64,000 nt of DNA from Phoronis australis (taxonomy: Eukaryota > Animalia > Phoronida). The notes beneath the pieces were generated by a model. It did no database searches. It was not told where the DNA came from and saw nothing but the letters and a program-made list of their open reading frames with translations. The position numbers and the translations under genes are program-made. The stretch is from the NCBI GenBank assembly GCA_002633005.1, contig NMRA01000071.1, forward strand, positions 427,511-491,510. Direction: 5' to 3'. Below are positions 12,701-24,090 of this stretch, piece by piece (positions within the stretch are counted from its first letter, which is position 1; each line of letters opens with the position of its first letter).

Positions 12701-15700
12701 ACTCATCTACGTATTACCTTAAGGCCTCATCTGTGTAAGTATCCCCCCCCCCCGTGTGAGTAGACTCATCTCAGTATACCTGCTCGACCTTTCCGTTGCT
12801 CAGCACTTGCACGACTGATCCAGAACTCTTGAAGTTTCTGCATTTTGAACTTGCTGTCGTAACTCATTTCTTTCACCTAACATGTTTCAAAACATAACGT
12901 TAAAAAGAAGACAGATTTTGTCAATGTTTGTCTACCTGAGAGTCAAAGTTTTGGCGAATGACAATCATTAATTTTGTAAAACCTTTGGCCATAGGCATTA
13001 ACAAAATAACAAATGCTATTTTTGCGTTAGATGCAATGTTTCACTCCTTGATATCAGATTTGATGCGACATTATTGAAGAAATGTTCATTGGCTTAGCAT
13101 GTTCGCCGAGAATAAGAAGTGAATGGGGGTTGATGAGAAAAAAATTGCAACTCGTAAGTTGTGTTAATGAGAAAAGTAAGTTTTTAATTACAATTTCCAT
13201 GTGTACTGCGATGAAGGAAGACTGGCAGATCTTTACTTGGCGGATATTTAAGCAGACACGAAGATGAAAGTAAGTTCTTAGGTACACATCTGAATTTCAT
13301 CATTTCATAAATGTACATCAAACAACTCTGTGCATTTTGATAAAGACGCAAAACAAATTACAACTGCCATCAGGGGGTGCCAAAGTAGTTGGATCTGTCA
13401 GAAAATCAACGTCAGTCGTACTCCTCAAAAGAACACCTGCCACATATCATCATAATTCTTCAAACAGTTTCATGGATAGTGATGTGAAGGACAACACATA
13501 CACAAATAATAAGTTGTTGTCTGCTTGACATGTTGCCAAAACTGCCACAGTCATGAATAACAAGACAAACATAAAGAAAACCAAAATTGATTCTAGAGAA
13601 CGCCACAGTTCTCGGACTCATCGTGAAGTCCATGTCAGCAGTACTGTCTGCAACACTAAGTTTTATGAAGATCAATCAAGGAATTTGATAGACAGTGAAG
13701 TACAGTGAAGTACGGTGAAGCACGGTGAAGTACAGTGAAGTACGGTGAAGTACGGTGAAGCACAGTGAAGCACAGTGAAGCACAGTGAAGTACAGGATAA
13801 ACAAGCTGTCAGGGTACCACAATATTCACACCCATCTGCATATCAATGTCAGCGAGGCTTCTCTCCATAGCAACAAATCAATGTCATCGAGGCTTCTCTC
13901 CATAGCAACAAATCAATGTCAGCAAGGCTTCTCTCCATAGCAACAAATCAATGTCAGCGAGGCTTCTCTCCATAGCAACAAATCAATGCCAGCGAGGCTT
14001 CTCTCCATAGCAACAGATCTGCAGATTTTCATAATGATCCTTCATTCTAGTTTTACAGATGGACAGACAGACGTTAAAGATGGCCACTAGGGGTCGCAGA
14101 ATTTGCTGAATCAGTGTCTAAAAATGGAAAACTGTTATCCCCTCCTTAACAAAAGTTTGTTTGTTAAATTTCATAAAAATCCATCAAGACAATCAAGGGA
14201 TGCAGAGGCAAACATACATTCTGGACAGTAATACCTGAACCTGTCCGAAAATTTGTGCGTGTCGTCTCGTCCATGATAGTAAACATCCATCCAGTTTTAG
14301 AGCACATGCAAAATGACACGTCATGAAGATGAGTGCAAGCATAATTCCTCGTGATGACAACTGAGTGCAAGCAACTCTCCATCAGACCAGCTACAATGAC
14401 TTGTCATCAGATGGCGGCTGATAATAGGTCATGACTCCTCAAGATGGGCAAACAGTATTTTGTCCAATTACTTTTGCTGTGTATCGTATATTAAGTAATG
14501 TGTGTGTATATGTATGCATGTGTGTGTGTGTGTGCGCATAGTGTATGTGTAACTATCTATATGGGTGCATAAAATGGGGACTACTAAGTTTGTACTGAGG
14601 ATTGACTCTACTCAATCCTGGGTTATGTCCAGATATAATTCCCAGTGTAACAACCTTCCATATTTTGTCATGAAACTTAAATATGGTTTGTATAAAAAAT
14701 AAGAAGAGAAATACGCAAGCAAGATTTACACCATGCTGCACATATGACTAGCAGAGCAGCAGAGACATGCATACCTTTCCAGAGTCAATAATGAAGCGCA
14801 CACCATCAATAGTGACTGATGTCTCGGCTATGTTGGTGGACACTATACACTTCCTGACGCCTTCAGGAGAGATGTCAAACACCTGGGGAAAGTAACGATA
14901 CATACAGAATGAATGAGTTCACACAGTATGAAAGAGTTCTCACAGTGAACAGTGTGAACACAGGCGACAGCCTGCACATATTACCTCTGAAATAAGTGAG
15001 CACCTTCGTAAAACTACTTAAATTGAGGTCATAAATATCTGAAAGATGTCTTTTGAACTTCACACAAAACTGTAAATCTGTTGAGACCTCATTATATCAA
15101 CTGTGACTGTCGATTGACAATCCTGACAGTCGAATGTCAATCATGACACTCTATTGTCAACTGTGACAGTCTATTGTCAACTGTGACAATTGATAATGAA
15201 CCGTGACAGTCTTGCCAACTGTGACAGTCGATTGTCAACCGTGACAGTCTTTTGTAACTGTGTCAATTCACTTTCAATTGCACCTGTTGTGATACTGTCA
15301 CTCGTTACAACCAACATCATCTGCTGTAAAAATCAACTTTGACAATCTTTTAACAGGAGTTTGTGATACTATCAAGAAGGAGTCAATCAATTGTCTGTAC
15401 CTTGTCCTGCTCCTCTACACAGAGGGCGCTGTGTAGTGGCAGTATAATCCACCTCTTGGTTGTCTGTGCATACATCTTGGCTGCCTCGACAACTGACATG
15501 ATCTCTGACATACCACTGAGAAAGATAAGCAGGTCTCCTCTCTCAGTAGCTGGGTACTGTAACGAAAATAACTTACATGATCTCAGACATACCACAGAGG
15601 AAGATAAGCAGGTCTCCTCTCTCTGTAGCTAAAGAAAATAAATCTGACATAACTTCTGACACACAACTGAGGGATATAAGCAGGTCTCCTATCTCTGTAG

Positions 15701-18700
15701 CTGGGTACTGTAAAGAAAATAACTCTGACATGACTTCAGGCATACAACTGAGGAATATAGGGAGATCTCCTCACTGCAGTTACTGTAAAGAAAATATCTG
15801 ACATGATCTCAGACATACCACTGAGGAAGACAAGCAGGTCTCCTCTCTCCGTGTGGAGGAAGGAAGCAGCAATGAGACATTGTGCATGTAAGTGGCACAC
15901 TTCCCATTCTCAACACCAGCATCCCTCTGTATTAAAGCTAAATAGTGCTCCATCAACACCAGCATCCCTCTGTATTAAAGCTAAATAGTGCTCCATCAAC
16001 ACCAGCATCCCTCTGTATTAAAGCTAAATAGTGCTCCATCAACACCAGCATCCCTCTGTATTAAAGCTAAATAGTGCTCCATCAAAACAAAGAACATTTA
16101 ACTTAAGACCACTTAATACACTATAAAACTAACCTCAACCTCTTCCTTGCGCAAGTGATTTCTTTGTTTGGAAAGATTTGTCTGAGATTTTTGTTGACTT
16201 AGACCAGACCAAGTGCCAAAAATGAGCAGCCATGACACTTCAACTTGTTGTCTTCAACCAACTGTCACTTCTTTGCAAGCCTAAATGACACTGAAATTGG
16301 CAGGAAGCCAACTTGTTGTTTGGTTTTGTCCAAGTTTACAGTGACGTTGGTCGTATCAAGTGTTTTAAAGAGAAATATTACGAAATGACTGTTTAAAATC
16401 CACAACAATTCAAAGTACCTTGTTGTCAATTCTCTGCATGATCCGTAAGTATGGTGTGGGGTCTACCTTTGACGTCTTCTCTTCTTTGTCTGCCTGACTG
16501 ATGGGGCAGTACTCCAGCTGTATGGGGTATAGACGTCCAGGTACCTATTGACACAGTGTACAGTAGACAGGTGGTTATACTGAGATCTAAAGCAGAGGTT
16601 ATCATGACTTCCGTAAGGTGAGGTAAATCAACAGTGTACCACAGAAAGGAGACACATTTATGTCCTTTTAAGAGATAGTGCACCAATTCTTTTAACATCA
16701 GACAATTATTTATAATCAGTATCATTTTCAAGATTACAGACTAGGAACAAATAGTGAGTAAATACAGTTTTGAAGATCAGCTGCACCAGTGAGTCTAATA
16801 TATAAACAGTGTTCTGGTGACCAGCTGCACCAGTGAGTCTAAGATATAAACAGTGTTCTGGTGATCAGCTGCACCAGTGAGACTAACATATAAACAGTGT
16901 TCTGATGACCAACTGCACCAGTGAGTCTAAGATATAAACAGTGTTCTGGTGATCAGCTGCACCAGTGAGACTAACATATAAACAGTGTTCAGATGACCAT
17001 CTGCACCAGTGAGTCTAAGATATAAACAGTGTTCTGGTGACCATCTGTACTAGAGAGTCCAACATATAAACAGTGCTCATTTCATTTTTGATTGTGAAAA
17101 ATATACTCACATTCGACCATATTTTTTACGGCGTTCTGCCCTACCTCAAATATTCCAAAATAACTTGAAAGGTCTAGCGAAATTCATTCAAGACGCTTTG
17201 CAGGTTAGAAGTAATTGTTTGTTTATAAACTAGTCTGAAGTGGTCATATTTGAGCTTGTGCAATTTGTTATGTAATGATTTAAATATTATTAGGTGACTG
17301 AGTAAGCCCATTGAGGCTGGGGGGTGTGGTGAATAATCTGTATTTGATTGTATTTAGTGGTACCCTTATGTCACTATAATAAATAAATAAAAAAAATAAA
17401 AAAAAAATATAAACAGTGCTCTGATGACCAGCTGCACCAGTGAGTCTAACACACAAACACCCCAAAGTCACCCAAACAGCATCAACATCACTGTCCACAG
17501 TAACAATGTTACCGTGGTTATGAAACCTTACCTTGACAACTGGAGCATTGTCAAAGAATCCACTGAACAAGCCAATGTTGATAGTGGCTGACATTAGCAC
17601 CATCTTCAGGTCTGTACGGTGTTGAGCGAGACATCGCAGGACGCCCAGTAGGCAGTCTGTGTGTAGGTGGCGCTCATGTACCTCGTCTACTATAAGAACA
17701 CTATATTGAGACAGCAGGGGGTCAGTAGTGATTTGACGCAGTAACAGACCTTCTGTTAGGAACAGAATACGTGTTGACTGAGTCTTGCTTTTCTCAAAGC
17801 GCACTTGGAACGCCACCTGTGAACCATACTCGTTCAACGTCTCAAAGGCCACTCGCTTTGACAAAGAGATACAGGCTATGCGGCGTGGCTGAGTGCAAGC
17901 AATCTTAGTGAAGCCAGCCTCTAACAGATATTGAGGAACCTGAGGAGAATAATAATTGAGATAGTGTCGTTATTATTAATATCATTATTATTATTGTTAC
18001 ATCACCATTATTAGCATGTTTTTCATGTTGTTTTTGACAGAACAGAGGTTTAAATTTCAGTAAAGGCCAAAAATAATTGGACAAAGTGATCTAATCGCCA
18101 TGTCTGAATGCAAGCAACATCCTCATCATAATGGCTGAAAGGGATCGCTGGAGGACACTGGTAATGCTCTAAGTGATCACTAGAGGGAGCTAGTAATGAT
18201 TTATAGTCAGAACAAGGTAATGCTGTCTGAACAACACATAAGATGTGTAGTTAACAAAGAAGGCACAATCTGATAGACAGTGTTCCCCTCACACCCTCGG
18301 TTCATTATTACATGGTGAGTCAGACTCAACTTACCTGTGTTGACTTCCCGCAACCTGTATCTCCAGCCACTACTACTACCTGATGGTGCTCAAGTGTGTT
18401 CAATATGGCGTCTCTGTATTGATATATGGGCAGGTTGCGCTGGTCTCGTCGGATTTTTAGCAGTTTCTGAAACTATTTAGAGGATGAAACAAAATGATTT
18501 GATGAGTTAACACAGCATTCAAGTGGCAACAGTATTCTTATGGTGTGCAGAGGAGTATACAGTGAACTTATGATTATGGAGGACCCTAGAAAATATCCAA
18601 AAAAATCCCAACACTATATTGCAGAAATGGCTTATCGTGTTCACACAAAACTTTCACATACACTATCAGAATGCTTTATTGTATTCACACAAAACTTTCA

Positions 18701-21700
18701 CAAACACTTATTGTATTCACACTATACTTTATGCACTGTTGTACAAAACACTGTTAGGAATTGTTTCATGTATAAATCAAATAAAAATGAAATGATTTAA
18801 TACTTAGAAAACTGTAACAGCATTTCTGAGATTTTATCTTTTTATGAAATGTTTGTTTTTGACACCATTGTTTTGCAACAGATGAACATGTACTTATCTT
18901 TTTTCTAATGAACATGCACTTATCTTTTTTCTAACTTTATAAAAAACAAACCGTCAAGTTCTACAGGCTTTGCAGATATTTGGCTATATATGCAGACCTG
19001 TCTAAAAGGTCCTATAATGTAATGCCCATACATGCCTATAATGTAATGCCCATACATGCCTATAATGTAATGCCCATACATGCCTATAATGTAATGCCCA
19101 TACATGCCTATAATGTAATGCCCATACATGCCTATAATGTAATGCCCATACATGCCTATAATGTAATGCCCATACATGCCTATAATGTAATGCCCATACA
19201 TGCCTATAATGTAATGCCCATACATGCCTATAATGTAATGCCCATACATGCCTATAATGTAATGCCCATACATGCCTATAATGTAATGCCCATACATGCC
19301 TATAATGTAATGCCCATACATGCCTATAATGTAATGCCCATACATGCCTATAATGTAATGCCCATACATGCCTATAATGTAATGCCCATACATGCCTATA
19401 ATGTAATGCCCATACATGCCTATAATGTAATGCCCATACATGCCTATAATGTAATGCCCATACATGCCTATAATGTAATGCCCATACATGCCTATAATGT
19501 AATGCCNNNNNNNNNNNNNNNNNNNNNNNNNNNNNNNNNNNNNNNNNNNNNNNNNNNNNNNNNNNNNNNNNNNNNNNNNNNNNNNNNNNNNNNNNNNNNN
19601 NNNNNNNNNNNNNNNNNNNNNNNNNNNNNNNNNNNNNNNNNNNNNNNNNNNNNNNNNNNNNNNNNNNNNNNNNNNNNNNNNNNNNNNNNNNNNNNNNNNN
19701 NNNNNNNNNNNNNNNNNNNNNNNNNNNNNNNNNNNNNNNNNNNNNNNNNNNNNNNNNNNNNNNNNNNNNNNNNNNNNNNNNNNNNNNNNNNNNNNNNNNN
19801 NNNNNNNNNNNNNNNNNNNNNNNNNNNNNNNNNNNNNNNNNNNNNNNNNNNNNNNNNNNNNNNNNNNNNNNNNNNNNNNNNNNNNNNNNNNNNNNNNNNN
19901 NNNNNNNNNNNNNNNNNNNNNNNNNNNNNNNNNNNNNNNNNNNNNNNNNNNNNNNNNNNNNNNNNNNNNNNNNNNNNNNNNNNNNNNNNNNNNNNNNNNN
20001 NNNNNNNNNNNNNNNNNNNNNNNNNNNNNNNNNNNNNNNNNNNNNNNNNNNNNNNNNNNNNNNNNNNNNNNNNNNNNNNNNNNNNNNNNNNNNNNNNNNN
20101 NNNNNNNNNNNNNNNNNNNNNNNNNNNNNNNNNNNNNNNNNNNNNNNNNNNNNNNNNNNNNNNNNNNNNNNNNNNNNNNNNNNNNNNNNNNNNNNNNNNN
20201 NNNNCTATAATGTAATGCCTATATATGCCTATAATGTAATGCCTATATATGCCTATAATGTAATGCCTATATATGCCTATAATGTAATGCCTATATATGC
20301 CTATAATGTAATGCCTATATATGCCTATAATGTAATGCCTATATATGTCTATAATGTAATGCCTATATATGCCTATAATGTAATGCCTATATATGCCTAT
20401 AATTTAATGCCTATATATGCCTATAATTTAATGCCTATATATGCCTATAATGTAATGCCTATATATGTCTATAATGTAATGCCTATAATGTAATGCCTAT
20501 ACATGTCTATAATGTAATGCCTATATATGTCTATAATGTAATGCCTATATATGCCTATAAGGCCCTGCAGATCCCTAAAGTGAATTTGTGAGCACATGAG
20601 CATACTGAGAATTTTTAACTTTAAAAAGTTTATTTAATATGCAGGAAAACTGTCTAATTTTAGCAAACATTTTTTTAACACAGTACCTCTGTCACAAATG
20701 GCTGATTAAATTCACATGAAACTTTAAGACATGAACCTTCCTACACTGTTCTCCACTGTATTCAAAACATTCCACACTTTGCATGAGGACTACCCAATAA
20801 TAGGACTTATGGTTTTCATGAAACTTTAACTTGCATAAAACAAAAACAAACCGAAAACTTAGAAAACTGTCACAGCGTTTTTGTGATTTTATCTTGAATA
20901 TTTTATCACATGAAATTTGATTGTTATTTATCCTGCTGTTTTGCTATGAAAGTATCTTTTGTTTTCACCAAATTTCCTAAAAACGCAATGTCACGTGACC
21001 TAATTCTTTACATCACAAACTAGCATGCCAATCCAAGTAAATTGTCAAACAAAAGACATTCAACCTTCTGTTTCTGTGTAAAGTCCAAGTAGTGAAGAAG
21101 AATGCTGCGGAACTTTGTGACATCATCTCTGGTCAACAGGTTACGGTCTGTAACAACAGGGGGCAGTGTCAATCTTGAATTGTTAACTAATAAGAAATAC
21201 GTTGGAACTTCAAACCATTGCAACATTGACTTGCTCTTCAGCTCTTCAATTGTTAATGACAACCCAAGTCGCAGGCAATGTGTACACGCACCATTTCCAA
21301 ATTTGCAATTTCAGGGATGACTAACACCAATACACTCTGACTGCTAGTTTTGATATTTCTGTTGGTAGTAGAATGCTATCACTCAGCATGAAACTGATTT
21401 TATATGAGTAATGTCTACTTCAATTTTCATTTTTGACCAGCTTAACACGGCCAAATACAGCTTTAAACAACAAGTGACAGATTTATAAATGGTTCCCACA
21501 CACATTCCATTTTCACTTTCCACAAGTTAATTTTCCACAAAAATTCCTGGATGGCTGAAGTCAACAACTATTCCTAAAATGAGCGACGGCGTCTTAATTT
21601 AAATTTTCAACATAATTCCAGCCATGGAAATACAGAGCTCTTTAGTGTTGGAAATTAATTTCACTTCCAAAGAATTACCATCATCCTAACAATGAAATAA

Positions 21701-23100
21701 CTTACTTTCCCTACGAGTCTGTCTTTGCAACACATTATCAATGTCCCTGGTTACCATGGTGATGTTGATGCGGTATCGCTTGTCATATCGCAAGGGTAGA
21801 CTCAGAAGATGAGAGTCTCCTTTACAATGAGACTTTTTACCTGAGACATTACAAAGATGGCTTTATCAGTACATGACTGTGATGACTACTATTGTGCATC
21901 TAATGAATTTATATCAACGAAATTATGAAATTTACCATGTGAATATTCAAAAAACGGTGGAGTTGTAACTTGAATATCTCACAAGCATGTAAACAATCAT
22001 GATATGATATGAATATGCCAAGAATGACTTCACGCTTTTAACAGCATTTGAGCAGAGAATAACGTATTGAGCAGAGAATAACGTATTGAGCAGAGAATAA
22101 CGTATTGAGCAGAGAATAACGTATTGAGCAGAGAATAACGTATTGAGCAGAGAATAACGTATTGAGCAGAGAATAACGTATTGAGCAGAGAATAACGTAT
22201 TGAACAGAGAATAACATATTGAACAGAGAATAACATATTGAGCAGAGAATAACGTATTGAACAATGTGATAACATTATTCATAGCCAGTGACTTTGATAC
22301 CATTTCAAGTGGTAGCTAGGAATCTGCATTGTTTGACTGTACATAGAACTGACAACACTATCTTTTGATGATGTTTCTAATTCACCTGATTGCTGCAAAG
22401 CCTTTCGTTGTTCAAACGCAACATATTTGTTGAGAAACAGCCAAAAGTCATCATATGTTGAAGAACCCTTTTTAATCAAATCATCATCCTTGAAGAACAA
22501 TCGATCCAAAGTTGACCTGTGACCTTGCCAATCAACTTGCACAAACTCCTCCTCACTATCTGAACTGGAAGTCTCCATCCTTGGGAGACCAGTAACATCA
22601 CGACTGGCAGGTGTCCCTTTCTCTGCAGGATTGTGGTCTTTCTCAACTGCTCTTGATGTTTCTACATATTCACTATTGCCAGACCTTGAGCTATAAATAA
22701 GGTGTTTATCCACTTCCTCTCTAGATCTGTGTTCAGAATGTTTTGCATGTTTATGGTGACCCCTGTCATAACGTTTACTACCACTTGCTCCATCCCATGA
22801 CTCATGCCTTACACTTTCTCTGACTTTCTTACACCAACCTTCATCACTATTATCAAATCTCACTTTTCTCTCTCTGTGTTCGTCCTCATCATGCAACTCT
22901 GCACCATCCCTATAGATGTCACTCCTGTGCCTGTGTTTGTTGGCATGAGGTAACTCTTTACTATCACTACTGATGTCACCCCTTTGCCTATGTTTGTCCG
23001 CACAAGGCAACTCTGTGTCATCACCACGGGTGTCACTCCTGTGCCTATGTTTCTTGTGTTTCTTTTTCTTATGTTTGTGACTGGAAGAACTACCTGTCAT
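3755..23100 (-). CDS. DHX34: DEAH-box RNA helicase DHX34 (NMD factor, smgl-2 ortholog), 21 coding exons, ~1314 aa
   Basis: Exons: 22386-23100, 21706-21840, 21065-21147, 18335-18472 ([10 protein letters not shown]), 17532-17939 ([18 protein letters not shown]), 16419-16544, 15401-15556, 14775-14882 ([13 protein letters not shown]), 12780-12876 (QRKGRAG), 12049-12196, 11506-11767, 10362-10547, 9888-10046, 8985-9227, 8539-8684, 8151-8261, 7537-7658, 6864-7037, 6256-6367 (or its copy 5212-5323), 4230-4393 (WTCPRC), 3755-3906 (YCGDC..HRKTC, stop). Sum 3945 nt, divisible by 3; all introns GT-AG. Confidence 0.93.
5212..5323 (-). other. DHX34: Second copy of DHX34 exon 19 inside a segmental/haplotypic duplication (4878-5488 vs 5804-6532)
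   Basis: Near-identical to 6256-6367 with intact AG/GT; the two segments are separated by a truncated MITE and a single N at 5803. Confidence 0.85.
5489..5802. mobile_element. Second copy of the 937-1439 MITE, truncated by assembly gap
   Basis: Begins CAGGGCTTGGAATTTTCCGCGG, aligns with 937-~1265, ends at N 5803; empty site visible at 6525-6538 (gtaactct|actagt). Confidence 0.85.
6013..6150. repeat. 18/9-bp repeat AAGCACTTTAAGCAGTTT
   Basis: Expanded here; a single unit in the other duplicated segment (~5088-5106). Confidence 0.85.
6552..6823. repeat. 50-54-bp tandem repeat ~40 nt downstream of DHX34 exon 18 donor
   Basis: GGTAGAGGTCTCTGYAGTTAAGGAAATATAGTGTATTGTACAGAGTGTGA, ~5.5 copies. 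Confidence 0.9.
8410..8568 (-). repeat. 39-bp repeat x4 made of DHX34 exon 15 end plus donor
   Basis: Unit CAGTCACAGACATGAACTGTTGTGTTATGT|GT(A/T)AGTGAC; GT at 8537, 8498, 8459, 8420. Confidence 0.9.
10024..10186 (-). repeat. 55/56-bp repeat x3 made of DHX34 exon 13 acceptor plus exon start
   Basis: GTCATTGTGCCTGTAG|GACCATAACTTGTTA three times (cta at 10047, 10103, 10158). Confidence 0.9.
11240..11510 (-). repeat. ~43-bp repeat x6 regenerating DHX34 exon 11 donor
   Basis: Each unit contains ATG|GTGAGTG like the native junction at 11505/11506. Confidence 0.85.
13690..14016. repeat. 10-bp (CAGTGAAGTA) and 35-bp (TCAATGTCAGCGAGGCTTCTCTCCATAGCAACAAA) tandem repeats
   Basis: Arrays at ~13690-13795 and ~13843-14016. 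Confidence 0.85.
15495..15850 (-). repeat. Degenerate ~70-77-bp repeat of DHX34 exon 7 acceptor plus exon start
   Basis: TTTTCKTTACAG|TACCCAGCTAC..GGAGACCTGCTTAT..CTCAGTGGTATGTC..GATCATG seen ~5 times. Confidence 0.85.
15910..16086. repeat. 43-bp tandem repeat x4
   Basis: CAACACCAGCATCCCTCTGTATTAAAGCTAAATAGTGCTCCAT. Confidence 0.9.
16775..17452. repeat. 44-bp minisatellite interrupted by a retroelement
   Basis: CAGCTGCACCAGTGAGTCTAAGATATAAACAGTGTTCTGGTGAC, ~7 copies to 17078, resumes at 17407. Confidence 0.88.
17079..17406 (+). mobile_element. 5'-truncated non-LTR retroelement 3' end with A-rich tail and ~15-bp TSD
   Basis: Ends in (AATA)n/poly-A at 17377-17406; flanked by ATATAAACAGTGCTC at 17064-17078 and 17407-17421; interrupts a 44-bp minisatellite. 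Confidence 0.75.
19011..20560. repeat. 24-bp minisatellite spanning an assembly gap (N 19507-20204)
   Basis: CCTATAATGTAATGCCYATAYATG on both sides of the gap. Confidence 0.95.
22048..22262. repeat. 20-bp minisatellite
   Basis: TTGAGCAGAGAATAACGTA-type unit, ~11 copies. Confidence 0.9.
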
Positions 23101-23107
23101 ATTATAC

Positions 23108-24090
23108 CTAAAAAGAACGTTACCTTATCTTAATTAGCTTTACAATCACAAAAAACACTTGCAGCATTCGTACATTTATCTTTGGCCACCAACACTACAA
23201 ATTTCACCATTGTTTGTTTCACAAGAATATTACCCTGCAGACATCCTTTAATAATTACAGAGTTACCGATTAAGTATTGGTTTTTAAATTAAATCTTTTT
23301 TATGAAAATCACGGAGATTGCTTGAGTTCATGCAAAAACAAAAGTTAACAACATTTTGTTACATACACGCTCGACTGTCCATTTTAAACCAAGATAGCAC
23401 GGGCTCATTGTGGGCAGAAGTGCTGCAGTTGATGAACCACAATAGTCAATCAGGGACGCCAGTTCAACAGCTGATTATTATTTGCATACTAATACTGCGT
23501 CCAATCCCAGAATTTTGAGTTTGAAGTCAAACTGTAAGAATGTTCAAACAATTCATGAGGTAATTTGGCATTCATTTGTACAATGTTAATTAAGCATTTG
23601 GCATTCAACAGTTCAATGTTAATGAAGGTTGGTCTATTTACTATTACGCTTGTTCTGCACTCTTGGACTATGTTTATGACAGCTGTATTGTCTAGCTAGG
23701 CTACTACTACTTAGCACTTAGGACCTTGCCCTTGGTACTTTTGTCTTGGTAGGTAAGGCTGATTGACCACTTCTTGCTTAAAGTCTGGCCGTCAGCTTGA
23801 TAGCTGAGACTGAACATGCCATATTACCCGTAAACGCGGACGTTAGAAGTCTGATGTACACCTTTGCAAACTGAAGCGCATGACGCTCACAAAACAAAGG
23901 TTTATGTATTGGTAATTTTTTTAAGGCTAAGACGCAGTTTTGTGCAACTATTAAAAATATGCAATTAAATTAAATTATAAAATTTAATAATGTGTTTCTT
24001 TGTGTTTAAAAAATGCTTTAAAACTGCATTAAACTAATTTACTACAAACTGCATTTGTGATCTTTAACAACCTCCGACTAAGTTTCCAAC
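23108..24090. promoter_or_regulatory. Divergent DHX34/TM2D3 5' region (DHX34 5'UTR intron and shared promoter)
   Basis: DHX34 ATG is 7 nt below an acceptor (cta 23108-23110), so a non-coding exon must lie upstream; candidate donor GAG|GTTGTT near 24070, ~20 nt from the TM2D3 ATG (CCAACATGG context). Confidence 0.5.

Noticed and set aside
18920-20493. Long ORFs of MYGHYIIG / NVMPIHAY repeats (189-411 aa)
   Set aside because: Translation of a 24-bp minisatellite and an N gap inside DHX34 intron 3.
22279-22385. DHX34 first ORF ending at 22279 as a standalone 273-aa gene
   Set aside because: Donor TCAG|GTGAAT at 22385/22386 splices in phase to 21840 and the helicase exons.
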